From positions 75,826,001 through 75,890,000 of the forward strand of contig JBITNC010000001.1 in NCBI GenBank assembly GCA_050084985.1: a DNA stretch of 64,000 bases. The letters are read 5' to 3'. Below the pieces are notes generated by a model. The model did no database searches, was not told where the DNA came from, and worked only from the letters and a program-made list of their open reading frames with translations. Made by a program: the position numbers and the translations under genes. The stretch is from Nageia nagi. Its lineage: Eukaryota; Plantae; Pinophyta. This document shows positions 12,515 to 25,539 of the stretch, piece after piece (within the stretch, counting starts at the first letter, position 1; each line of letters opens with the position of its first letter).

Positions 12515-13183
12515 TGTAACAAGCCTATAATAAGTTCTAGAGTAAAGCCTAAGAGTTTGAATATGCTCAACAAGGACTCTTAAAGGCTGGTGCAAGACAT
12601 AAAAAGGCTTCTAAGCTTGGCACAAGTACCAAGATAACTCTTAATGGCTCATACAAGCTTCCAAGTGGCATGAATGAAAGTTGCATATCTCTAGAATACT
12701 TCTCAAGGTAGATGTAATCTTTCCACATGATATAGAAGAGTAGAAGAGCTAAGGTAAGGGAACATCCTAAGAACTAGAAGGTGGAGAAGGTAAGTGTCCC
12801 TAAACTCCAAATGATCTAAGATCAAATGCATAAGATGTTATCTTGAAGTGACCAAATGGCATGCCTTTATAGCATTCAAAACTTGCAATTATGTCTTCTC
12901 AGGATGGCTAACCATGGAGGGAATAATAATAAAATACTAAATGATCTTAAAGTATCCCAAACATGGCCAACTCGAGGTAGGGAAATATATGATTAAATGG
13001 TTCTTTTTTATTATCTCAATTAAATACATAATTCACCCATTATGAGTTCTTACCTATAAATTAAAAAAATAAATATGATACATAAATAATTTGAGAAATA
13101 AAGTACTCTTGATATAAGTACTAAAGATTAAAAAAATAGGCATGAGGGATGGCATCTAAATGTCTCAACTTGGGGATATTACA
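12515..13183. mobile_element. Possible solo LTR (Gypsy-type termini)
   Basis: TGTAAC...GGGGATATTACA termini. No clean TSD and no partner copy in the window. Confidence 0.35.
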
Positions 13184-14894
13184 AATAGCAAGTAACCTTA
13201 TTGGAGGGATTCAATTTTTTGCTTGTTGAGAAAGTCTTAATTTTTATTTTTTTTGCTTTCCACTTATTATCTTTGAGGGGCATTGAAGATAACTTCAATT
13301 GAGTGCATTGTGGTAGCAAATTTACATGTTATTATCTTATGGATCCTATCACTACACTTTGTTCAAATTATTTACAAATGCTAGCATACATGTTAGTTTA
13401 AAATTCTTCTAAGTTTACATCAAAATATTCTAGCTCACCAACATTAGTATACAACACAAACTAGAGCATAACAAAATAGCATCTAGGTGGTCTACTTAAC
13501 CTTAAGGATCTTATAACACCAAGTGGTTGAGTTTAGAGTTGTTTGTATTATATATCTCCTTGTACCTTAGGTATATTTCTCTCATTAATATTATCAAGTA
13601 TAAGATACTTGGGTTGCTTGACCTTAATACCTCTAACTTATTCTTATACAAGAATTTTTCATTCAATATAATAGTTATAATTTTGATGATTATCCAATTG
13701 AAATTATTCCATAATATATATTCCAAATCATCAACATCTTATCCAATAAAATAATAGTTTTGGGACTTAGCATATAACTTCTTTCTATTGTAGTTATCCA
13801 TATGCACAAAAGCCTCAACACTCAGCCCAAGAATATGGCTCAATTCCTAAAACATATTTGTCAATAGGATAAAACCTTAGAGAGAAAGACTCAATAAAAT
13901 AATGTATTTGTATAGTATAATGAACATTGATGTCAACATAGATGCCACTAGAAGAAATTACTCTATGTTCCCAAAGAGTTAGTCTTCACAATATATATTA
14001 CTAGTAGTAAAGATAATGCAATTAACCTACTATAACATATGGAAAAAGGTGAATAATAGAATTCTTGTACATTGTAACAAATCCTAATCTTAATATGTCA
14101 ACTTAACCTCCTTTTATATGTGAGAAAACCACCACAAAATATTCTTATAAGTGAGCATTGATATTAGGGGATTAACATACAAAAAGAGAAACAACATAAC
14201 ATGGGCACATAAGTTGGATAAAGTAGTAATAATATTAGATATAATTATAAAATAGAATATGTCATTAATTAAGTAATATGATAACTAATTTATGATATTA
14301 TGTATCAAAATTAAGTGTTAACTTCTCTTTCAATAAAGTAGAATCCACATTGAGAGCCTAATTACTATTCAATGACTAAATCTGATAACAATCCTTTACC
14401 CTTATTAATTACTATTCAATATTAAGTTAAGGAAACTTGGTTTCCATATATTCTAAAGTACCCTCCCTCAGTATATATGACTTATAGTGGCTTTTATTAT
14501 AGTTTATTTCCAAAATGAGAGAGAAATCATTAAGCTCAAAGTGGATGGTGGGTTGAACCAGTAGATAGTTGTATGGGCTTATAGTGCTAGTACAAGATAC
14601 CCTCAAATATTCCAAAGATTCAATTTTATTTTCTCCTTCTAATGTTCCCCTACCCTATTATGGTATAGTATCATTAAAAAATAAGCAATTTTTCCTTCAA
14701 TAAAAATTCCAAATTTATTTCAAATTTGTGTAGTTACTCATAGGTATTACTCCCTCTATTATATTCATTTTTATGCATGTTATAATAATCTTCATAAGCT
14801 AGTCAAATATTTCTGATAGCCTAATTTTGACCTATGGAAAATTCGTCCATAGAATTTCTTAGGACATATTTTAGACCTTAAAAAAAAAAGCCTA

Positions 14895-15810
14895 TGGTGG
14901 AATCGGCCTTTTGGATTTCAAAAATAAAGTGTGGCCTTATGTGTAAAATGGATAATAAGAGAACTTAAAGGGAATGGTGCCTTGAAGATTTTAGTTAGAC
15001 ATTTCATATATGCAAGCATCCCTTTTAGGTGAACTACCTAGAAAGGTTTGATTTTTCCTTCAATTTTAATTATCCATATGTCTATCAAAATTTCAAAGAC
15101 TTTTTTTATAAAAAGTTTTTGGAGCACTTGGGAGCAGATTAAATATTATATGATATGGAGAGGTAAGGAATTTGGTTATTGTTTCTCCATAATCTCCTCA
15201 ACATTTGGTACTTTCTAATTCTCCTATACCAAGGACAAGCCTTGGCTAAAATTCAGTGGATACATGCAAAGTGATTATTCAAGAAGGGAATTATTTTCCT
15301 TGCCATTTTTTTGTCCTATCACACTATAGATCGGATACCTTGGAATAAATTTTAGATACTTTATAAACTTAAGCACACTAATAAAAAAACCTATGATATA
15401 TTTCAAGAATGCACTCCTCACTCTTGGACTCATCAAATAAAAGTGAATACCTAGAGACCATGATGGAAGGATTGGGGTTATTTCACTAATACTTATTTTC
15501 TTAATTATAAGTATCACTAGGGATATGCTTGGTTATTCCATCATATTCATATCATTCATAAGCTAAATGAAATATTGGACTTAATTTCCATTAAGTCTAG
15601 ATGAAGATAAAGATTTTAGTTTGGTTGGACTACTTATATAGTGCTCAAGTAATCCTTTTTGCATAGAGTATCCTCTCTCATATACTTCCCACTAGTGTTC
15701 ATCACTAACACATAGGTACCTATAATCCTCTTTGTAATTTTTGTTAACAACTTGATGATTACTTTAATCCTTTCTGGTCTTGTAGGATAACCTCTAATGC
15801 TTGGTTATGG
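14895..15810 (+). mobile_element. Degenerate L1 LINE ORF2 3' fragment
   Basis: GGIGLLDFK..ALCVKWIIREL (post-RT motif) and zf-RVT-like PLCNFC*QLDDYFNPFWSC...W at ~15725-15805. Confidence 0.6.
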
Positions 15811-16533
15811 ATTTCTTTTTCTTTTTTAACCCATATATACACACATCCTTCTCATAGCATAATGTTGTTCTAGGAGACCAACCCACATTCACTCTTCCAT
15901 TGTTAAGAAATTAGAAAGCACATATTGAAGTTATATTTTCATAGTACTATCCTTTTAGTCTTTTCACTATTATTGTTAGATTGGTAGTTTCTTTTAACAT
16001 GTTTGTCTAGAAATATTTGTGTAAGTGGTGAAGATCACTATAGAGGTGGAACACCTATGTTCCTTACTAGATTATTGGGGTAATGTTCCATATGTTGTGA
16101 GCAAAGTCTCATTTGATCCTTCACCTAGGGATCGATCATGATCATGCTAATGTAACTCCTAGCCACCCCCATTATGGACCAAATCCACTAGAAACCCTCA
16201 TGCTAATGCAATACCTTCTACTAAAGGGTGTGGATCTCTTTTACTTGGTTTATCTAAGAAAGCTTGTGGTTAGGATGTTCTTGCATAAAAAGTTCATCTA
16301 AATATTGGTTGGGAGCTGAATGATGATAGGGGTGTATGCCTGTAAACTTTAGAGAAGATTATGGATTAAGGTGACACTCATCGATGGGGTGGCTCAAGTG
16401 ATAATGATGAGCTACATAGACTAACATGTAAGCATATTATGATTTTGTTGAATCATTTACGATGCATGGAAGATGGAAAAGTAAGTCAGCTAGATTTTAT
16501 CTGACATGAACAATGATGGTGAGTTATTATTAA

Positions 16534-17327
16534 GAGAAAATATCCAAAATACCCTTATAATTTCATGTAACATCTAAAATACCCCTACATTTTTTGAAAT
16601 ATCAAAAATACCCTTGTAATAAATATGGAATAAGAAAACCTCTATTGAACTACAAAAATTATAGTTTATATATATATAATATATAATATATATATATATA
16701 TATATAAACTATAAATAAAATATAAATATTTATTATTTAAATTAATAAAAATAAAATATATAATAAATTATATTTATATTTAATTAATTTAAATAGTATA
16801 TATTTAATCAGGCAAAATATACAAAATACCTTTATATAATTTTGCATAATATCAAAAATACCCCTGGAGATTAAGAAATGCAATGGAGATATAAATTGAA
16901 CATATGATAGCAATAGCTTAAGTGTTTACAACATGGATTCAAGATTAAGAGCTCATATTTTGGGCAGTTGTCTATTTTTAAGGTTGATAATTTGAGCATT
17001 TCACTTCAAATTTTATTAATTTGTTGAACATATAAATCCTTGATGCCCATGAAAATTGTATAATTTTTATGTTGGAGCACATTCATCATCAACTTATAAA
17101 TGAGTGACTGCATGTTTATATCGAATCATCCCAACAACATATGTAATGTTTGAATGCCTTATGCATCTCAAATTATTGATCTTCATCAATGGCATTGCTC
17201 ATGCCAATGTTGGTAGCTCTCTCAAATCCCTATGACTTTCCAATATGTTTCTTTTTTATATTTTTAAAGAAGTAGGGGGTATTTTTTATATTAAGTAAAA
17301 TTATAAGAATTTTTTGGATATTTTGCG
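16534..17327. mobile_element. Non-autonomous MULE/MITE
   Basis: TIRs GAGAAAATATCCAAAATACCC.. / ..GGATATTTTGCG; 9-bp TSD TATTATTAA / TGTTATTAA (8/9). A second left-TIR copy lies at 16811. Same family as 45870-46486. Confidence 0.75.
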
Positions 17328-17725
17328 TGTTATTAATTAATGTCATATGCATGAATTAATTTTAGTAAGGACTTGAGCTTATAAATGAACTTGTTATTTT
17401 TTGAAGCATCTTCTAACTCAACTTTTTTTTGTTTTACTCTTGAATTAATTTGATTTTCTCGTGAGATCTACTTTCAACTATCCATCTTGTTTTGCTGTTG
17501 CAAAAATACATATAGTTTCAATATAACTTTTTTTTTCATGGAAACAATATAATTCTAAATTTAGTATAACATCTTATTTATATAATACTTACGTATTAAT
17601 ATTAATGAATAAATACTTCTAATACTAGTATGAGCAGATTATAAGACACTTTTAAATGATAAATCAAATAACAAACGTATATCATAAAAATAATCGCCGT
17701 AAAATAAAATCTCTCTTACTTATGT

Positions 17726-17853
17726 AAGAAAACCATCATTCATGATACATCCACTCGTAAGTGAAGATGGATTAGAACTAAACCCAAAAGAAAACCATCA
17801 TTTATGATACATCCATTTGTAAGTGAAGATGGATTAGAACTAAACCCAAAAGA
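17726..17853. repeat. 62-bp tandem duplication
   Basis: AAGAAAACCATCATTYATGATACATCCAYTYGTAAGTGAAGATGGATTAGAACTAAACCCAA x2, with AAGA microhomology at the junctions. Confidence 0.92.
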
Positions 17854-18040
17854 TCCATGTGAGCGATCTCGCTTTTTGGGCTGTCAAATATTTTTTATAA
17901 ATTGACAACACACAAATAAAAACTGGGATCTCACGTACTCTCATTCACTCCCATTCCAAGCATATTCTTCCTCAACTCCAAGTTCAATATTTCTAAGTTG
18001 TCAAGTGAAAATTAATTGTTTAAGATTACAAAAAAGATAA

Positions 18041-18417
18041 AATCTGTATTTTGCTGCAAGGTAAGAAAATGTGGCACGTCTTGATGAGCTCCAGTTCCAC
18101 TACAAGAAAAGTGATATTTTGCATTTAGTCATTTGAAATCCCTCAAAAACGTTTATTTGAATAGGTAAAGCAGACCTTGAAGATGGGTCGCCACTCGCAA
18201 CTTTAAAATCTTATAATCGTCAACCCCTACGCAGACATCGCCACCCATATAGGCACTTCTTATGAGTTTAATAGAAAGCCTACAACAGACATTGAGGCTT
18301 GGGATGCTGTGGAAGATCATGAAACTTTGAAATCTTAAAATATGGATAGAAACACATCACTGCACGAACCCCGTCGTGCAGTGAAAGATGACAACGAGGC
18401 AAATTGTACCAAATAGT
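18041..18417 (+). pseudogene. Probable ankyrin-repeat (ACD6/ITN1-like) gene relic
   Basis: Translates to NLYFAAR*ENVARLDEL..SDILHLVI* and ..KS*NMDRNTSLHE..AVKDDN, resembling ankyrin LxxAAxxGNV and T.LH motifs. Contains stops and frameshifts. Confidence 0.4.
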
Positions 18418-19803
18418 ACATGATAACTAGTTTAATCAAGCCATGGTGTACTAGCACATGCAAATAAATTTCTCTCTGTTTTGTATTTTGCATCCAATGC
18501 AAAAGGACACTTAACAAACAAATAAGGGAGGTTCACATTAGATATTATATTCTCACTCCTTAAATGCAACAAGTGGAAATGGTGTTTTCAAGGTATTGTA
18601 TATCTCTCACAAAGATATGAGGGGGTGAAATTAGAGTGGTGCCTACGAATTGTCAAGCTCTAATTGGCAAGCTTAATTATAGATGGTTAAGTAATCATGA
18701 TCAAATTTGGAGTTAGTTATAGATAGAAAAATAATAACCTTCACATTTGAGGGAAGATGCGACTTATTTCTCAATCATAAAAGAAGGTTTTGAAATCTAA
18801 AAAGTAATGAGGAAGGGGTTTGTCTTATAACATAAGGCTTATTATGAAGAGTAGGGATGGGTGGAATACTATATTAATTCTCTCATTTAGAATGTCTCAG
18901 AACAAACATAAATTAGCATGGGTGGTCTATCATCTATTACTATCTGAAACTACCAAATTAGCAACATATCAACTTTCAATAGTGATGAACCTTAGTGGAA
19001 TGACCAAGTGAAGGATATGATGAGGATAAAATAAAGTTTCAAGGAATCTTAGGAGAAATAACTTAGCTAAGGAAGAATGAATAAGTCATAATAGTGTGGG
19101 GTCATAGAAAGCTTGGGATCTTTACAGTGAAGTTGGTTTACTCCCAATTGAAAGTAAAACTTTAAGGTTGTATACATTATAAAATTTTAAACTAATAAAG
19201 TTAGCTCATCTTACGCTACATGTGATTATCCACAAAGCTTTCCTAAATTATTGTCTTAAAAGAAGTTGGCTAAAAGAATTTAATAAGTGGCTTGATGTTT
19301 AAAATATATGAAATAACATAACCCCTTCAAATACAAATGAACTAAAATTACAACTTACAAAATAAGTAACTCAAAATTTTTGGAGGGATGATAATACACA
19401 AAATAAAAGAAAATTGGTCTTATATAAACATATCATTAATCCAAAACTTGAATATATATCTTATTCACATAAGATTATCAATCTTAGAATGAAATTTGTG
19501 ACTGCAAAATCAATAATTAATTCACATGATCTTCATAGTGAAATTGTTAGATAGAAATATATCTAAAATACCCATAGATTAAAAAATTTATAAGTTTTGT
19601 AACATAGATGCCATAAAAAATGAGACTCATTTTCTCTGTTGCTATCAACTTTTCTAAGACATTAAACAAACTTACAAATATATTGATAATCATAGTTTAA
19701 TCCATGAATTCTTAAATTAATATAACAAAATAATATTGACAATTTTATTATACATCTTAATTCTAGTTGAAATACTTATTCAAATAAATAATTAATATAT
19801 TCA
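18190..19803 (+). repeat. Old segmental duplication, copy A (paralog of 56720-57300 plus 62700-63617)
   Basis: Collinear similarity, e.g. CTCGCAACTTYAAAATCTTATAATYGTCAACCCCTA, CTTGGGATCTTTACA, CATATCATTAATCCAAAACTTGAA, TTATACATCTTAATTCTAGT. Confidence 0.85.
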
Positions 19804-20019
19804 TGTATAGATAAACTTTGATAGGTATCAAAAACCAAAAAGTTTAAAATGAAACTAAAATATTTATCTTTTATTTTCTTCATGTAGTAAAAGAAGGTTA
19901 GAAATAAATATTTTCCAAATTAATCCCCTTTGCAAATCTTTTACATGAAATTATGGTTACCAAAGGGATATATGAACATACATTTTTTCTCTTAATTACC
20001 TACAACATCATAATGAGTT

Positions 20020-20400
20020 GGGAAAATAATTTTAAGAGAGGATTCATAGGGCCCAATTGATGTATAATGTCTAACCAATAAGTGGAATCAGTAGCACATC
20101 TTCTCTTTGAATTCCCCTTTGCCCAAATAATATGTATTTTATGGAATAATATTTTCAACTAGAAAGAGAGGCCAATCCCTACAGAGGATTCCTTTTACAA
20201 TTGTTAAAAAACCAACAAAATCCTCTCTAAAAATATTAATATAGCCTATGATTTTGGATCATATTTCATTTGCTATGAAATTTGGCTAGAAAGAAATGGA
20301 GAAATCATAAAGGTAGAATCTAAACCAATGGATATAATATAGAGTTATTCAATGAGAACTCTATTAGAAATTATGGTGACTAAAATTCTTAAGGAAACTT
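20020..20400 (+). mobile_element. Degenerate L1 zf-RVT / C-terminal fragment
   Basis: RGFIGPN*CIMSNQ*VESVAHLLFEFPFA and ICYEIWLERNG match plant L1 ORF2 C-terminal motifs. Confidence 0.6.
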
Positions 20401-21455
20401 ACATGGTAGAGTAGGACTCCAAGATTTGAGTGAAACTTAGTAAGGAAGATCTATATTGGAACTAAGAATAAAAAGAACCAATTGGTAATGTAAATCAAGA
20501 TATTATTCTAGCATACGATATCCCTATCTAAAAGAATGTAACAAGGTTACCCTTGGGTGGAATAGATGCTCAAGATTCAATACAAGAAAGCTAAAGGGGA
20601 AATGAATATCTTATTGCAACTTATCATAGATGCAATCCAATACACTATTTATAATGCCATATGTTAAGGATTATCATACTTTATTCTATTGTGCACATTC
20701 TTTAATATACTTGAAGGATATTTAAACATTTAATTATTATACCATCATTTATTTATATTTGTAGATAATATCAACTTGTTCTTATTTATATAATAAATCA
20801 TTATTTACCATCTATAAGAGAGTGTTAACAAGATCTCTAATGATAATTGAGATCCTTAGGACTTGGGTATGTAAAGAGTATGTAAATAGATGGAATTGAT
20901 TTATATTTTGAGCCTAGAAAAGAGAGGCAAGCCACTACACACTATCATGTAACTCAAAACTTTTTTTAATCCTTTTACTTAAAAAGAATGATATAGAAAA
21001 TTGAAAGCTCATTATATAAGTAAATAAAATAAATATTACAAAACTAAAAATGCATTAATAAAATTCTAAGTTTATATGTTAGGATTGCATAAATTTCAAA
21101 GACTTATAATAGAGATTATATTGACAAATATTGAAGAATATTGTAAATATTATCTAATGTTATTATTGATTATTATGTGTTTGGTGAAAATGCAACCATG
21201 ATTATATAAAATTCCATGGTGATTACCATATGGTTATTGTGATTAGTTATGGTTTTTGTAACTTATGGTGATTATGTCTAATAGTTGATAGAAGTAAAAG
21301 ATACTTATTAAAATTATAAATGAGATAAAAAATAAAAGGAAAAAAATATTCTATAATTCTATGAGCTTTGATTATTCTTCCATATGCTTTATGTACAAAA
21401 TAAATAGTTTTTATAAACTTATTATTTAAAACAAATTAAATTATGAACTATTTGA

Positions 21456-23851
21456 TGTAAGTGGAATTCCTAGATGTTCTTCCATTAAAATGAGATACCT
21501 TTTAATAAGCTAAGATACAAAAATTATTACATAGGTATGACATATGGTATCTCAAAAAAATTAGACTATAATAAAACTACTCATATTTATTGTTTACACC
21601 TCCTAATGCACTAGTAATAAAATATTATTTATTCTATTTTTTAATGATTGGACTCCACTAAGCTTACTAAATCTACACCTAGATTTGGGTTCTATAATTC
21701 TTCATTGGTTGAAAGAACTCAACCCTTGACTTCCTTTAAATTCATAAGGTGACCATTTCCATAAATAATAATCACTCGAAAACAAATACTGAGAGAAATG
21801 TCCAATGTAATTTTATAAGTATTTCTAGCTAATACCCAACCCATATTATTTATTGATCACACCAAACCTAATGTTTATGATTCATATTTAACCTATAATG
21901 TTTATAGCTCACACCTAATCCATAATGTTTATGGCTAATACCAAACCCAAATTATTTAAGGCTTACATAAAATTCATAGTATTTATGGCTTACAAAAACC
22001 CATAGTGTTTATGGCTAACACCTAATAATTTCACTTGCATCATCTAAACTCTTCAAATTCTATTATTCAATGCCACATAATGACTCTTGCAAGTACTCGT
22101 ATTTAAGTATCAATGTTCTTCAAATGTCATAAATTAAATCTCATTGAGTTACTCCATATATTTCAATCATAGGTTTATTATAAACATAGAAATTACACTA
22201 TGTCAAATAAAAATTCTTGTAACCTTCAATTGTACCTTCTTCTCTAGCTTATCACATGGATGAATACACCATGTAATCATAAGTAACTTACATAATAACA
22301 TTCTCTTTATAAATTTTTTTCAGTCACAACCATAATAGAATCAAATTGCATCTCCTTATAATAATGTTCCATGTAATAATATTTGCAATTATAAACTTCC
22401 TCACTATGTTGATATGGAATCATGTATCCATCATCAAGCTCCATACAAAGTACAAAGAGAATATATTCTCATTTATGTTAGTAACAAATGCAACTTTTTA
22501 AGGGTAACAAAAAAAAAAACTAGAAGAAATTATTGGCATATATATAGATATTTATCAAGTTTCCCTTGGTATTGTTAGTCAAGGCTTATTTGAGTATATT
22601 CCATCAAATTCAAGTAAAAGTAACATCATTCCTCAACTTTATATGATGAATTTTTCAGTGATCTATATCATATTCATAAGATTCATAAAAAATAAAATAT
22701 ACATAAATAACCTTGTTTGTAGTAGGGAAGTCATTATTCACACATCTTATCCTCTTTGAGATAGAAATCCATTCTCAAGCACTCTAAACTATTTTGAAAC
22801 CTATAGAAATTTACAACAAAGGTTGGATTCAATGGATTATAGTGGATAAGGAATAATATATTTTGAAGAGTATGTACAAACTATTGAAAGCATAATATTC
22901 CCTAAATTATATAGTAGTAATATTTCAAGCATTAAGAGACATGATGGAGAGAACATGAACTTTATAAATCTCCCTCTATTGTGATCAATTGTATATCAAG
23001 TTCGATACACTATTTAGTTTTTTAGAAAGTGGTAGTAGAATATTTTGATAACCATTGAACTCAAGGCTCGATGGCTACACACAAAAAATGTATCACATAC
23101 TTTGTACAAAATTTGCATCCATAACATATTATGGAGATAATATACAGTACTTAAATTATGTTAGTTGCATATAATTTTATCCACAAGTATCCATCAAATC
23201 CATCACATATTTCTATTGTAATCCATGCTCCATATATTGGTTCACCTCTTACCTCATACCCTCCATTTTAGTATTAACTTGTATTAAGAATTTTGCATGG
23301 CATTTTCTTAGAGTTCATTTTGGATAATGTGGATCTCATTAGCATTTCAACACTTACAATGTAGATTCATAATCTTTTGGGCATCTCATTCCTTTACCTT
23401 TTTCACTAGTAATATCACACTCCATGATTCCATTTGATAGTTGATTTGTTATGCAAATCCTATCCACCTTATATTCTCAGAAAAAAAAAAGGGAGGGGAG
23501 TATTAAAATTAATCCCGCACCCCCTCCTTCATATTTCATTATCAAGCCTAAGAATATTTCACTTATACATCTCACTCTTCTACCCAACTCCTCATTCTTG
23601 ATTTAATGCCACTTGCTGTAGGTAGGATTCCTATATTCACATTCATTAAAATGAGATGCCTTTTAATTTAGTAAGATATTAAATATGCCACATGAGTTTG
23701 GCATATGGTATCTCAAAAGGTTGGTTAATAGTGAGCTCACTTACATTTCTTTATTTCATATCCTACTACACCAATAATAAAACAATATTTATTATAATTG
23801 AATATTTGACTCCACTAATATCGGTAAATCTAGCCTTGGATTTGGGTTACA
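21456..23851. mobile_element. Highly degenerate element bounded by ~235-bp direct repeats (putative short LTRs)
   Basis: 21456-~21692 resembles 23617-23851 (CATTAAAATGAGATRCCTTTTAAT, CATATGGTATCTCAAAA, GACTCCACTAA, GATTTGGGTT). TGTA...TACA ends on the right copy. No TSD found. Confidence 0.5.
21820..22025. repeat. ~27-bp minisatellite, about 8 diverged units
   Basis: Consensus approx GGCTMACACCWAACCCATAATGTTTAT repeated head to tail. Confidence 0.8.
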
Positions 23852-24358
23852 TTATTTTTCCTTTAAAAAATAAATCATTAATTGAAAATTAAAATCGTAC
23901 TATTCAAATTATTAATATTATACTAAAATATTAAATTATAAGACTCATTAATCAAATTAAATAAATATAATATAATCATTATATCAAATGTTCATATAAA
24001 TATAAATTTATATTATCAAAATATTTCATTAAATTTAATCTTCTTAAAATATGTAAATATTCCATCATAGCATGAATTTCCTAGTCCTTTTACTTATGTA
24101 AGCATGAAAATCTAAATAGAGATAAATGCATGTGATGCATTTTTATCAAGATAAATAAATGAAAAATCAATTTAACATGATATAGTTTACAATGAAATTA
24201 CATAAATAGGAATCATATTTCCCCCCTAGCAACCTAATATTTTTTAATAAAAATTAACATCCTTATGCACTTCTTATCGATGTTGGTAGGGCCCATCTAA
24301 CTTTTTACAATTTTAAGAATATTTTTTATGCAAATTGTTAAAATTTGTAATGAAATAT

Positions 24359-24819
24359 TGTGAATATCTAAACTCCTTGTAAATTCAATTAATCACTTAA
24401 GGGTATGTAGATACCTTAAGGGATTAATTGAATTCTTTATTATGTAGACTTTGACTTTACCAAGTGGTTAGTTGGTAGGTTAAAGTTAGGTGATACATTT
24501 ATTGTAACCCTAACCTTATCCTTGGGTTAAAGGGAGGTTAGGGAGGTTCTCTCAAGCTATAAATAGAGGGCCTCTCCTCTTGTAACATAACTAAGTTTTT
24601 GGAGTAAGATTACTCTACTAGTTGTGTAGGAGAGGAAGAGAATAGTTGTAAGAGGGGCATACTTGAGAATTGAGATACTAGTTGTGGATGTACTCCCAAG
24701 GAGGGAGGAACCACATTACACTTGTGTTATCTTGTGTGAATGGTGTTAAATTGTCTATGATTGAGTTTCCTAGTCTTGGTGCTTGAGGATTTGTTTAGAT
24801 CTAGCCTAAATCCTTCACA
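24359..24819 (+). mobile_element. Solo LTR (461 bp), related to the Copia LTRs at 2976/10563
   Basis: TGTGAA...TTCACA terminal IR and perfect TSD AATAT (24354-24358 / 24820-24824). Shares CTTAAGGGTAT..ATACCTTAAG, CTATAAATA, GGATGTACT and GGAACCAC.TTACA with the Copia LTR. Confidence 0.92.
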
Positions 24820-24860
24820 AATATGTTCTAGTTAAAATAAATTTTAAAATTTTGAATTAA

Positions 24861-24906
24861 TTAGATTCTAGATCTAGCAACTTGAGTTCAAATCCTATGG
24901 ATACCT
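24861..24906 (+). pseudogene. Decayed tRNA-Gln-like 3' half
   Basis: TTAGATTCTAGATCTAGCAACTTGAGTTCAAATCC aligns to the anticodon and T arms of plant tRNA-Gln, mostly by transitions. B box GTTCAAATCC, followed by TTTTT. Confidence 0.55.
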
Positions 24907-25539
24907 TTTTGAAAAAAAAATATTACTTTGCAAATATTTGTATATTTGCTTTGTGAATGTGTGAATACTTTTGGGACTTAGAATTTTTTCAATATTCAAG
25001 TCACATTCATGAAGCAAAAATGATTGCATGCACTATTGAAAATATTTATGGCTTCCATTAACATCCGTATAATAATGCACATGGTGTTACTTATGAAGGG
25101 GGGCTAATATTGATATGTAAAACCCAATAATCCATGCTATAATGAGATTAATCAACTATAGATTTCAAAACATTTAGATGATCTACTTAAAGTAAATGAA
25201 TCAATAATGGTCTAAATATTGCAAAAAAAAATGTTAGTTATCTTACTTGCATAGATTCTATCATCAAAATTTAAAATGCAATCACATAATATTGATATAA
25301 ATTATTTGATAGTAATTAAATTCAATTGCATTATTTGAACATAAAGTTATTTATATTGGTTACTCACAATATGGAATTATATCTAGTGTAATAGCTTGCT
25401 TTCATTATGGGGACCAAATGGACCATTACAAGTGATATAATATTGAATAACATTGTCACAATAACAATAATAACTTTCCCTCTTTAATTTGCAATATTTC
25501 TTGATCTTCTAGAATTTGAATTATCTTCTCCAAATTCTA

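Noticed and set aside
17770-17850. CTAAACCC x2 as a telomerase RNA template or telo-box
   Set aside because: The sequence is CTAAACCCAA, not CTAAACCCTA. There is no USE/TATA Pol III promoter and no G-rich/C-rich closing stem.
24866-24872. CTA at the anticodon position (amber suppressor tRNA)
   Set aside because: The copy lacks its 5' half and its stems are degraded. CTG>CTA fits the general G>A decay.
25095-25110. GAAGGGGGG before the LTR at 25111 as a plus-strand PPT
   Set aside because: The same ATGAAGGGG is in the paralogous flank at ~35781, and the element's PBS and pol are on the minus strand.
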